Notes: generated by a model from the sequence alone, not told the origin. Counted from the first letter of the stretch, positions 43,971-56,690 are shown. The stretch is 64,000 nt of DNA from Ostrea edulis (GCF_947568905.1 NC_079173.1:42222001-42286000); one strand, 5' to 3'. Numbers and translations: made by a program.

Positions 43971-44724
43971 TTTTGGACCTCATTACACACACATATATAT
44001 ATTTGATAAGTGATTGGGATTGAGGTGACAGTTTTTCGTTGTAATGGGTCGCATTGCATATTTTGTCACCGCTCGGTGTAAAACTTGTTTTGGCGTTTTG
44101 TTTCGCTCTCAATGGAATGTCGTAACATGAATAGTCAATTCGCGGCCAGTATCGAGTTGATGCATGTTAATGAACCACGCCTACATGTTTTTATTAATAT
44201 TGATTGTATATTTATTGATATTGACTGTATATTTCTAACTATGAACATGTAACTGTCAAATCTGAGTAATAACTGCAGTCACGTGACTTGCGATTTGTAA
44301 TACATGGTGGTTTTGATTTCTGCTTGCCAGTCGTTTTTGTGTTGAACCTGATGTAAATTTCTTTGCAAAAGAACATTAAATTATTCACGAAAATGTCATA
44401 TGGTCTTTGTTTAGTTGGGTCTTCCAGGAGAATGTTTGGCGTATCAACACCAGCTGCCGACCTGTAGTGATTTCGACAGAGAACTAGGACTCCACTCCTT
44501 TGTAAGAACCTCCACGCAACTATTGTGCGCAAGATTCGAATATTACACTATCTGTGTCTTTGTAGTTTGCATCGCCGCCTCCAGATTTTGATATTTAAAA
44601 AAGTGGACCAGTGATATCTTTCATTCGGGTAATCTATTGGGCAGTAGATATTTAGGAGGAGCAGAAGAGGGTCCACCATCTGAATACTTCGTTAGGATGT
44701 ATTAAAAGCCCTCTTATTTAAACT

Positions 44725-45003
44725 GACCGCCGACGTGGTCTAGTGGTTAGAACGTTCGCCCCGCATGCGGAAGGCCGGGATTCGAATCGCCTTTAAAACA
44801 AGTAGTGACAGTTCCATCGCCAAACGCTCGGCATCAGGTGTGACTGTCACAGGTCCTCAGAGATTGCCACTTTATGTGTGGTATGCTAAAGAACCCTCAC
44901 TGCTCAATGGCCCGAAACGCCGAGCAAAGGCTTAAATTTTAAGCCCATCACCGGTCTTGGTGAAATTCTCGAGAGAGACGTTAAACAAGATGCAATCAAT
45001 CAA
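44725..45003 (+). mobile_element. tRNA-headed SINE
   Basis: A box TGGTCTAGTGG, B box GATTCGAATC, body shared with the 14722 family, CAAT tail. Confidence 0.8.
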
Positions 45004-45008
45004 AATTA

Positions 45009-45799
45009 TTATACCCCCCGCAACAAGTTGTGGGGAGGGGGGGGGGTATACTGGAATCGGGTTGTCCGTCTGTAGACGCAATGGTTTCCGGGCTCTAAAG
45101 CATTATCCTTTCCACCTACCGTCACCATATCATATATATGGACTACCCATGGGATGAAGATGTTCCCTATCGATTTTGGGGTCAAAAGGTCAAGCGCACT
45201 GGACATCGAAGTAGCAATATGGTTTCCAGGCTCTAAAGCGTTATCCTTTCACCTACAGTCACCATATCATACATATGGACTACCCATGGGATGAAGATGT
45301 TCCCTATCGATTTTGGGGTCAAAAGGTCAAGTGCACTGGACATCGAAGTAGCAATATGGTTTCCGGGCTCTAGCGTTATCCTTTCCACCAACAGTCACCA
45401 TATCATACATATGGACTACCCATGGGATGAAGATGTTCCCTATCGATTTTGGGGTCAAAAGGTCAAGCACACTGGACATCGAAGTAGCAGTATGATTTCC
45501 GGGCTCTAAAGCGTTATCCTTTCCACCTACAGTCACCATATCATACATATGGACTACCCATGAGATGAATATGTTCCCTATCGATTTTGGGGTCCAAAGG
45601 TCACGTGCACTGGACATCGAAGTAGCAATATGGTTTCCATTTGAATTCTTTAATGGCTTTTTTCATCTCACGGAGATGCTGTGTTCCTAGATACCTTTTG
45701 GATCATAATACTGAAGTTTTACTTATTACCAACACTCTTTGGGAGATTGGGGTAAGCGGGGGGTATTCTTAGTGAGCATTGCTCACAGTACCTCTTGTT
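45009..45799 (+). mobile_element. HINE-like element with ~137-bp central tandem repeats
   Basis: Same termini as 4672-5132; ~4 internal units. Confidence 0.82.
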
Positions 45800-45802
45800 T
45801 TA

Positions 45803-46000
45803 ATTGCATTGACCCTCAGTCAGGGGTAGAATCAAGGGCAGTAATTACATTGACCCTCAGTCAGGGATATAATCTAGGACAGTAATTGCATTGACCCTCA
45901 GTCAGGGGTATAATCTAGGACAGTAATTACATTGACTCTCAGTCAGGGTTAAAATCTAGGGCAGTAATTACATTAACCCTCAGTCAGGAGTAGAATCTAG
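45803..46000. repeat. 41-bp minisatellite x 5
   Basis: attacattgaccctcagtcagggatataatctaggacagta. Confidence 0.88.
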
Positions 46001-46334
46001 GGTAGTTATTGGTGTCGAATTAGAACCCCGAGGATTTCCATATTGATATGCAAATTCAATACTTTGGCTTTATATTCATACACAGCGGTGTTCCTCTTAA
46101 CTGTTTACCCCCAAATTTTTTTATAGAGGGATACTACACCAGAGAAATTTGTTATGGATGAAAAATGGAGGACATGTACAATATTTTGAAATTGAAATTT
46201 TTTAATATTTACTTTATTTAGTGGGGGGAAAAAAACAGTTTTGGTAGAAAGCAATCTGTGGGGAAAATTGAAAACCTTGTTGGACTCGAACTTGCTATCT
46301 TTAGTTCAGCAGTCGAAACGCTACATGTGTAAGC

Positions 46335-46842
46335 TTCTCCATCGTCAACTTCCCATGATATTTATGTAGCAATATTCCATTATCACCTGCATGTGGTGTT
46401 TATCTAGATCTCAACTGATTCGATTAGCAAGAGCTTGTTCTGCGTATAGTCAGTTTTGAAATCGAGGTAAGCTACTTACAAACACGTTGATGGTACAGGG
46501 GTTTCAACAGTCTCGATTGAAGTCAGCATTTCGCAAATTCTATGGTCGTTATAACGATCTAGTTCGTCAATACAACTTATCATTGGGTCAAATGCTGTCT
46601 GACGTGTTTCATACCGATTGTTAAGCCGTTCTTGGCACACTAATTTTGACTGCGGATAACTCCGTTTACCTGATCAGGATATAGGACTCACGGCGGGTGT
46701 GACCGGTCAACAGGGGATGCTTACTCCTCCTAGGCACCTGATCCCACCTCTGGTGTGTCCAGGGGTCCGTGTTTGCCCAATTTTCTATTTTGTATTGCTT
46801 ATAGGAGTTATGAGATTGATCACTGTTCGTTATCTTCACCTT
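46335..46842 (+). mobile_element. 3' fragment of a Penelope-like retroelement (decayed RT C-terminus + 3'UTR)
   Basis: Frameshifted translation FSIVNFP/YLCSNIPLSPACGVY/SQLIRLARACSAYSQF*NRGKLLTNTLMVQGFQQSRLKSAFRKFYGRYNDLV...*; resembles the PLE RT thumb region. Confidence 0.7.
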
Positions 46843-47260
46843 GCATGTGTAACCTACTGAACTACTCAGTTATGTACATGCAATTCAATCTAAACGGAAT
46901 AGACAGATATTGCTGATATTTCTATTTCTATTTATGTTTTATAAGGAGGTCCGCCATTATGACGGTGTTGTAAACCTCCTTAACGCGTTGAGCTTTTCTG
47001 ATTGATCTACCGACGCTGTGTCCTTTGTTGTTTCCAATTTCAGCCAAACTGCTACAAAGTATCTTAAGGTAAATGGGATTCATGTTTGTTCAAATGAAGG
47101 AATGTGCCTTGCTCCTTCTTAAGGAGAATGTGATTAAGAAATGGTGAAATTAGGATGGGTGTCTCCCAAGTTCTCAAGAACTACTGAACTAGAGAACCGA
47201 AAGAAATGGGCAGCGATAAAGGTAAGAGTTTTACATGGGAATACACATCTATTGGGATAT

Positions 47261-47493
47261 TTTTGTGGCCCTTCGCAACGTGGAAGGGAACATAGAAATA
47301 CCGGTGTCCGTATGTCCGTCCGTCACTCTGGACTTTGTGGACGCAACTCCTCGGAAACTGCTCAACAGATTTTGTTAAAATTTTGTAGAATTGTTAGTCA
47401 CCATATTTAGTATTTTGAGTTATGGGACTGTTGAATTTGTACATGCTACTCTATAAGAACACTGTGGACGCAACTCCGACGAAAACGCTCTAA

Positions 47494-47529
<36 letters not shown>

Positions 47530-48268
47530 AGGATTGTTAGTCACCATATAAAGTTGATCATATTATGCCGCCATTTTGATTCAACAAATTCCACAGGAGT
47601 TATGGGACTTTGTTGAATTTGAACATATGCTACACTATAGGAACGTGGGGATCCGGGTTAGAATATGTTCTCAATACCCCTTGCTTCTTGTAAGAGGCGA
47701 CTAAATGGGACGCGGTCCTTTGGATGAGACCGCAAAAACCGAGGACCCGTATCACAGCAGGTGTGGCACGATAAATATTCCTTCCTGCCCAAAGGCTGTA
47801 AGCGCTGAGCATAGGCCTAAATTGTACAGCCCTTCACCGGCAATAGCGATGTCTCCATATGTAAGATTCTTAAATGGGACATTAAACAGTATACACTCGA
47901 TCAATCACTATAGTAACTCCTCCCAAACCGCTCAACAGATTTTGTTTAAATTTTGTCGGATTGTCAGTCACCATATGTAGTTGATCATATTGTGCCGGAA
48001 TTTTGATTCGACACAGGAGTTATGGGACTTGATTGATTTTGTACATGCTACACTATGTCTATAGGAACACTCTGTGGACGCAACTCCATCAACACCTCCC
48101 AACACCACAGTATGGGTTTTGTTCAAATTGTGCAGGTTTTAGTCACAATATGCAGTTGATCATATTACACCGCGATTTTGAATCTACAAATTTACAAGAG
48201 TTTTAAGGGACTTTTGCGCTTGAACTCTGCCGCGCGGGGTACACATGGCTACGCGTAGTAATCTTGTT
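47261..48268 (+). mobile_element. HINE-like element containing a nested SINE
   Basis: (GTCC)n near 5' end, internal ggacgcaactcc units, ends hairpin + CTTGTT. Confidence 0.65.
47641..47905 (+). mobile_element. SINE-like copy (14722 family)
   Basis: 8-bp TSD CACTATAG. Confidence 0.85.
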
Positions 48269-48319
48269 AATTAGAAAATCTTGAGAATAAACCGGTACAA
48301 TTTATCAAGTTAGTATGTA

Positions 48320-48562
48320 TTGATTGATTGATTTGATTGCTTTGGACCACACCCAACCATTTTTCAGTTATCTGGTGGCACCCAGTTTTGGATGAGAGAA
48401 CCCAGATACAGTGTACCTGGGAAGAGACCACTGACCTTCCGAAAGTAAACTGGGAAACTTTCTCACTAACAGGCGCGAGCGGGATTCGAACCCGCGCCGA
48501 CCAGAGGTGAGAGGCCGTGTGATTTTGAGCGCGATGCTCTAACCACTCGGCCACGGAGGCCC
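48320..48562 (-). mobile_element. tRNA-derived SINE, second family (V-domain-like body)
   Basis: Head GGCCTCCGTGGCCGAGTGG..GGTTCGAATCC, (TCAA)n tail, TSD TTAGTATGTA; sister copy at 63447. Confidence 0.85.
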
Positions 48563-49580
48563 TAATTTAGTATGTAAGCATCCTCACATAGTGTAGATTC
48601 AAGATGGTTTACATCATGATCTCAAGGACAACAATACACACACCCTTGTATCCGCGCTGGTTATGAGATGTGAGTGGATGTAGTAAAAATGGCGGAATGG
48701 TTTGAAGGTAAGGTTGTTTACCCTGAAATACTTTAACAGAATACATTTTCTGTTGGTTTCTGCACCTTTCAACTGAATGCTGTAAATACAGGATCAATGG
48801 TGAGACATAGGAACGCGTTGTTTAATTTTGGAAATAGCAGGGATTTTCCCACTGATTTTCACATAATGTTATCAGATTTTCTTTTGCATTGAAATAGGTT
48901 TTTATTTTGTCTCTAGTAGGCATGCAACAAATAAAAGAAGACACCTAATATAACTTATGGCTTTAGAAACAAAGTGTAACTGTTTTGGTGTATCAGAAGT
49001 CTAGAAAAATATCCACGTCACATTTTATTTCTTTCCATAGATAGGAGCGTTTTAAGTACTGCCGGAACACCATTTTATTCTGAATTTACACACAGCAATC
49101 ACGTGATTTTGAAGTATGCGAGTTTGCCAGAAAGACCCGAGAATCAGTAAATTTGTAATGAATAATTCTTTGATATTAAATGTATAGTATAATTTTTCAT
49201 TTGTATTGTTTTAAAAAAAAAATCAGGTGCATGATATATTTTTGTATATCTTATGTTCCATATGCATTGTATAATTTTTTTTTCATTTGTATTAAAAATT
49301 CATTTCTATTATTTATCTACCATTGGTATTCTATATTTACCATTTGTGTTTTATGATTTTCCATACATATTGTATATTTTTTTCATTTGTGTTGTATAAT
49401 TTTTCATAGGTATTATAAAAAAATTTCCAAGTATGTAATCCGAGGGAATGTTATGTATTTCATTGGTTCCATTATCAAGCTGCAGCCTGTATCTCTGTTA
49501 TAACTACTGCTATACCATTTGTTTTGTTTGTTGGTGGGTTTTTTTTTTGGGGGGGGGGGGGTATTTTATTTATTTTCGTT

Positions 49581-49809
49581 TTGAATAGATCCTCAGTACC
49601 CCCTTGCGTGTCGTAAGAGGCGACAAAATGGGACGGTCTTTCGGATGAGACCGCAAAAACCGAGGCCCCGTGTCACAGCAGGTGTGGCACGATAAAGATC
49701 CCTCCCTACTCAATGGCCATAAGCACCGAGCATAGGCCTAAATTTTGCAGCCGGTGACGTCTCCATATGAGTGAGGGACGTTAAACAATATTTAATAAAT
49801 CAATTAATC
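49581..49809 (+). mobile_element. 5'-truncated SINE-like copy (14722 family)
   Basis: High identity to 14740-14989. Confidence 0.82.
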
Positions 49810-50427
49810 GTTATGCTCTTTATCCCCTAGAGATTTGTTTTTACTCATATTGTGACGTCACCAGCTGTATGTGAAGACAAGTACCGCAGATCTTTAGACC
49901 AATGCTTAGCGCTCAGGGCCGTACACAATAGTGGTGGTGGTGGTGGGGGGGGGGGGGGTTCATTATGTGTCAGCGCCTGTCGTGACGCAGGACCTCTCGC
50001 TAAAGACCCGTGATCCTCACAACAGAAGTCAAGCATAATTTTACTTGTCAGTATATATCGTGGGTCAATATTTATGTACTTAGTGGCAAAATTTGCAATC
50101 GTGATTCGTTGCTATGATAAAACCTGGCATGGTGATGACGTCACAGTATAATGTCTTATAGGCACTATAAATTAAATGAAATTATACCTTCAATTCTTTG
50201 GCCAGGTGCCAAGGACATTCGTACCAAATCGACACACCCATTTTGTTTAAGTAAAGGTAAATATATTACCTGACAGGTGAAAATTACCTACATCGATCAC
50301 ATAAGGGGGGGTGGGGGTGGGGGGGGGGGTCCGCCTGGTGACACCTTTTGTGGTCTGGAGAGACCGTTACTTGTTGCATGAAAATAAAACGAGAATTTTG
50401 GATTTGGAAAAAAGTATCCAGGAATGT

Positions 50428-50433
50428 TTTATT
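50428..50433 (-). terminator. Candidate polyA signal of the precursor gene
   Basis: AATAAA on minus strand ~290 nt after the TAA stop. Confidence 0.45.
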
Positions 50434-50724
50434 TTTACATGTATTACATAGGTAGTGTGAAGAACAAAGCGTGTTTAATGTCATCGAAACAGTGTTTCTA
50501 TTATTGTAGATATTTCATGCTGGAAAATTTAACAGGAATAACGAGTTAGGCGAGATAAACGCACGCTTCGTGACTTCACTCAAAACAAAACTGACAACGC
50601 GAGATCTCGTTAGACAAACGAATAATCACTTTGATGGCGATATGAAACCAAGAAAAGGATGTAATTTTTAGAGAGGCATCCAGATCTGTGGCAGATGTCA
50701 ATTAAGAACGAGAAATGATTACAA

Positions 50725-51072
50725 TTAGTTTCTGTTGTTTTTCTTTAGAGGCCAAAACCTGTCGTTCCAGTTTTGATAATAAGATCTTAATGGATTTTTC
50801 GTATCTTGAAATCCGTTTATGTCAGCATCACCAAAACTTCTCTTTTCGAACAGAGTCCTCCAGTCTACAAAGCGGTTGTAATGGTGACCCCCATGGAAGA
50901 AATTCTTTCCCGTGTTGAATCGTAGTCGTTTGTTGACCGTAGTTAACAGATTTGGTAGTTCCATGTTTGAAGAGATGGAAAGGGGATTGTCTTCAAACAC
51001 TGAATTCTTCCCGTATACGTCGTGAATCAAAGCACAAAGTAACGAAGCAAACAACAGGATCCGCGCCTTCAT
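50725..51072 (-). CDS. Secreted neuropeptide/prohormone-like precursor, 115 aa, family unassigned
   Basis: MKARILLFASLLCALIHDVYG (signal-peptide-like) KNSVF...TTVN-KR-LRFNTGKNFFHGGHHYNRFVDWRTLFE-KR-SFGDADINGFQDTKNPLRSYYQNWNDRFWPL-KK-NNRN*. The ATG lies 5 nt after a polypyrimidine/ttacag acceptor (exon starts 51077). Confidence 0.8.
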   Translation of the reverse strand: MKARILLFASLLCALIHDVYGKNSVFEDNPLSISSNMELPNLLTTVNKRLRFNTGKNFFHGGHHYNRFVDWRTLFEKRSFGDADINGFQDTKNPLRSYYQNWNDRFWPLKKNNRN

Positions 51073-51124
51073 TGTGTCTGTAAAAGAAAGCAGTTGAGTA
51101 GAAAATGCAAGAAAATTCGCTGTA

Positions 51125-51655
51125 TTTGTGAATATAAGCGTGTTCACTGTCACTGTGTTTTATTGTAAGTGTGAATTCATTGTAAGCGTGTTCGCTATAA
51201 CCATGATTGACTGTAAGTGTTTTAAAATTCGTTATAAGCATGTTCACTGTAACCGTGTTTTACTGTAAGTGTGAATTCATTATAAGTGTGTTCACTGTAA
51301 CCATATTTTATTGTAAGTGTTAATTCGTTATACATTGTAAGCATGTTCGCTGTAACCTTGTTTCACTGTAAGTGTGGATTTATTATAAGTGTGTTCACTG
51401 TAATTGTGTTTTATTGTAAGTGTGAATTCATTATAAACGTGTTCACTATAACCGTGTTTTACTGTAAGCGTGAATTCATTACAAGCGTGTTCATTATAAT
51501 CATGTATTACTGTAAGTGTTAATTCATTATAAGTGTATTCGCAGTAACCATGTTTTACTGTAAGCGTGAATTCATTATAAGTTTGTTCACTATAACCATG
51601 TTTTACTGTAAGCGTGAATTCATTATAAGCGTGTTCGCTGTAACCATGTTTTAGT
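51125..51655. repeat. 48-bp minisatellite x ~11 next to the precursor-gene acceptor
   Basis: tgtaagtgtgaattcattataagcgtgttcactgtaaccgtgttttac. Confidence 0.9.
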
Positions 51656-51767
51656 GTATTAGTTTTTCAAACTACTAAGGTAAATCATATACAATAGTGG
51701 TAAACCATAAAATGGTCTATAAACATATGGAAGTTTCTACTAGAGCAAACCAAATTACAATGTTAAT

Positions 51768-52050
51768 GGCCGCGTTAAACCTAAGACGTAACCATAGGTA
51801 GTGATTGCTCTTTTGCCAAACCCTCGGCATCAGAGGTGAGAATCACGGGTCTTTCGTATATGACCTTAAAAAATGGAGGCCTCGTTTCGCGGCAGGCGTT
51901 GACACGTTATTAAAGAACCCTCACTGCTACGACCCTGAACACTAAGCATAGGTCTAAATTTGTGGTCCTTCACCTACAGCGGGTGACGTCTCAATATGAG
52001 TGAAGAATTCTCGACTGAGCGTAAAAGAAATAAAAAAAAATCAACCAACC
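51768..52050 (+). mobile_element. Degenerate SINE (44725 family)
   Basis: aaagaaccctcactgct..ggtgacgtctcaatatgagtgaagaattctcga body. Confidence 0.65.
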
Positions 52051-53015
52051 CTTCCATTAACTGATTATTCATCTTTGAAAATAGCCCTCGTTGTATCTCC
52101 CTGACAACCCCAGAAATTATGACGGGAAGATTTCATTAACCTCTATTTTTAAACATGTCTAATATTGAACAAGCAGGATGTCAATCGAGGAGCAGCACGC
52201 GGACCAAACATCCTTAATTTTGTTCTTGATTGAAATTTGTCAGGGCATCCGGACTCAATTAATCCGATGTTTAATTAACTTTGGCCGACAGGAATTATTA
52301 CGTAACAAAACGGCTTCCGGAACTTTTAAAATTTCCTGTTTTGAAACAAATGAACGTGCCGATATGGTTTTAATGTGTCATTGCTCTTTGATAGATTACG
52401 GACATTTAAAGTTCATACTGGAAGAAATCAGCTCATTGTTAATCAAGGAACTTTAAAGTATACAGAAATCTGATTTAAAAGAATTAAATACAGACCCTCG
52501 TTATCTCTGGTTTAGAGAACAAATTAATCCTAATACCACGACAAATGTGGTCAAAAACCTGATTAATTCTCCTACATCTCCTTGGAGTTCATTATTTGGA
52601 GATGTTGAAATAAGTCCTTCTTAAATCTGAAGTTACACTGTCCTCCCACCTAGATACGCCTACTATCAACATGTAGTTGATGACGCCAGAAGCACGCGCC
52701 ATCTGGTGTTTATAAACAGCAGCTTTGACATAGTAAAAGGTGAGGTGGTGAAAATAGAATAAATGTCATATTCATAATCCTGTGCTTTTGGTGTTGATTG
52801 AATAAATTAATGAAATTATTACATAAAAATTCACTAATACCCATTTTAGTTCTGGAATTCCATCGTCATCAAAAGCAGATTATTTTGACTTGCCTAGATG
52901 ATCGAGCATGCAGTCTGGGGGGGGGGGGGGGGGGGGGGGGGGCAGTATAAGAGAGAACTTACATGTATACTGCCTCGCTAGAGAGCTAGCTTTTCTAGTG
53001 ATGTGGTAGAGTGTA

Positions 53016-53075
53016 TCTCTTGATCATATAAATTAAGCAACGGTGAGCATGACCAGCACTTGGATAGGTGACCGC
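53016..53075 (+). pseudogene. 5S rRNA-like internal fragment
   Basis: gatcatataaattaagcaacggtgagcatgaccagcacttggataggtgaccgc resembles the 5S internal control region; 5S ends are absent. Confidence 0.5.
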
Positions 53076-53504
53076 TACACGTTACACTAGTTTGATATGC
53101 TCGGTTCATTTGACTATATCATGTCACATTACGTTTGGCTCCAATCGGATCTCACCCGTCCTTTTCCGTAACCGAAAATATTTGCTCTTACGGAAGTGAC
53201 CGAGTAATTACGATTGGTTTGGCGCCTCTATCTCCGCGTCATATGAAATTCATATTTTCTTTTCAATTATTCATCAACTGAGTTTAACTAAACTAAATCA
53301 TAATAAACGCAATTTCTACTCATTTTGAACTACATAAAGTAGGGGCGGTGTACTCGCAGTTATCTAAACCTCTTAGCGGTTTGTACATGTAATGTGCAAA
53401 TTTTCCGAATTTCGTATAAGACGAGTAGAAATTGATTTCATTCCTTAATTAGACGCCACCTTGGAGTTACCTGAGAAGGAATTAGATGCTGGACATTGAA
53501 CGTC

Positions 53505-54300
53505 GCATTCTGTATTTGCTACAGTCTATTTTTGCCACAGTTTTATATTTGCCAGTCTATATTTGCCACACATCCTGTATTTGCCACAGTCTGCATTTGC
53601 CATAGTCTATATTTGCCACAGTCTGTATTTGCCATAGTCTATATTTGCCACAGTCTGCATGTCTATATTTACAACAGTCTGTATTTGCCACAGTCTATAT
53701 TTGCCGCAGTCTAAAATTGCCACAGTCTAAATTTGCCACAGTCTATGTTTGTCACAATCTGTCTGTATTTCACACACAGTTTATATTTGCCACAGTCTAT
53801 ATTTGCCACAGTCTGTATGTCTGTATTTGTCACGCAGTCTATATTTGCCACAGTCTGTATTTGCCATAGTCTGCATGTCCATATTTGCCACAGTCTGTAT
53901 TTGCCACAGTCTATATTTACCACAGTCTGTATTTGCCATAGTCTATATTTGCCAGTCTGCATGTCTATATTTACCACAGTCTATATTTGCCATCATCTAT
54001 ATTTGCCACAGTCCGTATGTCTGTATTTGCCACAGTCTATATTAGCCACAGTCTAAATTTGCCACAGTCTATGTTTGCCACAATCTGTCTGTATTTGCCA
54101 CACATTCTGTACTTTCCACAGTCTATATTTGCCACAGTCTATATTTGCCACAGTCTATATTTGCCACACAGTCTGTATTTTCCACAGTCTATATTTGCCA
54201 CAGTCTATATTTACCACAGTCTGTATTTGCCACACAGTCCATATTTGCCACAGTCTATATTTGCCACGCAGTCTGTATTTTCCACAGCCTGTATTTGCCG
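53505..54300. repeat. 16-bp-based minisatellite
   Basis: atatttgccacagtct. Confidence 0.9.
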
Positions 54301-54984
54301 TTTGATTTACCTGTTTTATTTGCTTTACCATTAGGTTTACCCCTGAATAATGTTAGTGACGTTTATTAGATATACATGCACCCAGCATTTCTCAGTTCCC
54401 TTCAATAAGCATATGAACATTTATTGCGAAAAAAAAAAAGAGAAAAGAAAACTGACGCATTGAAATCGTTATCAGGTTTTGCAGCACATTCTTGAAAATC
54501 AATCCCCATTGTGCAGACCGAAAGCAGCGAAACCGCTCCCCTTAGATTGTCGACAATTACCAATGATTGATAGTATCCCCTCCCCATCATCAGTACTGTA
54601 AAATAAGGCTATATTCGTATATCACAGCACAACATACAACTCTCTATAAATAAAATCCATGATTTAGCAAAGCTGTTTAAACTGATTCGGATTGCTGGGG
54701 AGATAAATTTAGATTAAGCAATTCTAAGCTTCTGAAAACCGCATTGGCTTCTCTCGACCTTGAGAATCCGGGAATCTTATCGTCATCAACACAAAATTGA
54801 TTTCACTGAGCCATGGATTCATAACACGAGTAACAAAGCTAATTAAAATGTACATGAGTTTGCAGTTACGCTAGTCTTTAATTAAGGGAGTGCATGAGAA
54901 TGACGTCACGTATGAACTTCAGGAGGAAGAGAAGCACACTATTATCTGGAGTTTTGTAAGCATGTGTTGATTTTCACATAAGTC

Positions 54985-55340
54985 GGTTCAACCGGGCAAT
55001 AAATCGGTGTAGGTCGGCTCAACCGGGCAATAAATCGGTGTAGGTCGGCTAAACATTGTGATAAATTGGTGTAGGTCGGCTAAACATTGCAATAAATTGG
55101 TGTAGGTCGGCTAAACATTGCAATGAACCGGTGTTGGTCGACTAAACATTGCAATGAATTGGTGTAGGTCGGCTTAACCGGGCAATAAATTGGTGTAGGT
55201 CGGCTAAACATTGCAATAAATTGGTGTAGGTCGGCTAAACATTGCAATAAACCGGTGTAGGTCGGCTAAACATTGCAATGAATTGGTGTAGGTCGACTCA
55301 ACCGGGCAATAAATCGGTGTAGGTCGGCTCAGCCAGGCAA
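54985..55340. repeat. 31-bp minisatellite x ~11
   Basis: ggtgtaggtcggctaaacattgcaataaatt. Confidence 0.92.
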
Positions 55341-55759
55341 TAAACCGGTGGACCTATTTTAGTTTGTTGTCGGGTATCCTTGCCTTATGTTTGAGGGTTT
55401 TTTTATTTGAGCGATCAAAATTTGAATTAAATCCCAAACTTAAATCTAAGTCTCGATTTCATTTTCTCTCTCGAGATTTTCAGGCCCAGGATTCAAATAG
55501 ATTCGCACTTCAGTTTTGTAGTATTGTCAATTTTCTTGGAAATATGTTTTTAATGTCTACATGTAAGGGGGATTATAAAACTAAAACCGAAGAACTGGGA
55601 TCATAGCGCTTACTTGTTATTGAGTTATAGTGTATTAAACTCTCGACCTTTTTGAAATTACGATTTATATTTATTTCTTCATATGTGTACGCTCATGTGC
55701 TACCCTGTTAGGTCATAGCTATAGATAAAGGTCGCATTATCAATACAGAGGTGATATCG

Positions 55760-56690
55760 CATGGCTATTGTTTTAATATTAAGTGATATCGCATGACTAT
55801 TGTTTTAATATTAACTGATATCGCATGGCTATTGTTTTAATATTAGGTGATATCGCATGACTATCGTTATACTATAAGGTAATATCGCATGACTATTGTT
55901 CTGATATAATGTGATATCGCATGACTATTGTTATAATGTAAATGTGATATCGCATGACTCTTGTTATAATATAAGGTGATATCGCATGTCTATTGTTATG
56001 ATATAAAGGTGATATCGCATATCTATTGTTATGATATAAAGTGACATCGCATGTCTATTGTTATGGTATAAAGTGATATCGCATGTCTATTGTTATGGTA
56101 TAAAGTGATATCGCATGTCTATTGTTATGATATAAAGTGACATCGCATGTCTATTGTTCTGCTATAAAGTGACATCGCATGTCTATTGTTATGGTATAAA
56201 GTGTTATCGCATGTCTGTTGTTATGATATAAAGTGATATCACATGTCTATTGTTATGATATAAAGTGATATCGCATGGCTATTGTTGTGATAGAAAGTGA
56301 TATCGTATGTCTATTGTTCTGCTATAAAGTGATATCGCATGTCTATTGTTATGGTATAAAGTGATATTGCATGTCTATTGTTCAGCTATAAAGTGATATC
56401 GCATGTCTATTGTTATGATATAAAGTGATATCGCATGTCTGTTGTTATGGTATAAAGTGATATCGCATGTCTATTGTTATGATATAAAGTGATATCGCAT
56501 GACTATTGTTATGATATAAGGTGATATCGCATGTCTATTGTTATGATATAAAGTGATATCGCATGTCTATTGTTATGGTATAAAGTGATATCGCATGTCT
56601 ATTGTTATGATATAAAGTGATATCGCATGTCTATTGTTATGATATAAGGTGATATCGCATGTCTATTGTTATGATATAAGGTGATATCGC
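55760..56690. repeat. 32-bp minisatellite x ~29
   Basis: gtgatatcgcatgtctattgttatgatataaa. Confidence 0.93.

Noticed and set aside
44239-44532. 97-aa minus-strand ORF
   Set aside because: TTG start, no recognisable domain or splice context.
44725-44790. tRNA genes here and at 48480-48562, 63447-63535 and 38514-38585
   Set aside because: A/B boxes are present but there is no complete cloverleaf, and each is attached to a SINE or MITE body.
50725-51072. Assigning the precursor to ELH/CDCH, cerebrin/PDF or CCK families
   Set aside because: Only 3-5 residue echoes (RLRF, LSI, LPNLL, SFGD). There is no full ELH helix or amidated family C-terminus, so no symbol is given.
51073-51153. N-terminal 27 aa of the listed 142-aa ORF (MTVNTL...)
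   Set aside because: Starts at a GTG inside the intron and polypyrimidine tract; the real start is the ATG at 51072 just after the acceptor.
52178-52456. 92-aa plus-strand ORF
   Set aside because: No recognisable motif, signal peptide or exon boundaries; length is within chance expectation.
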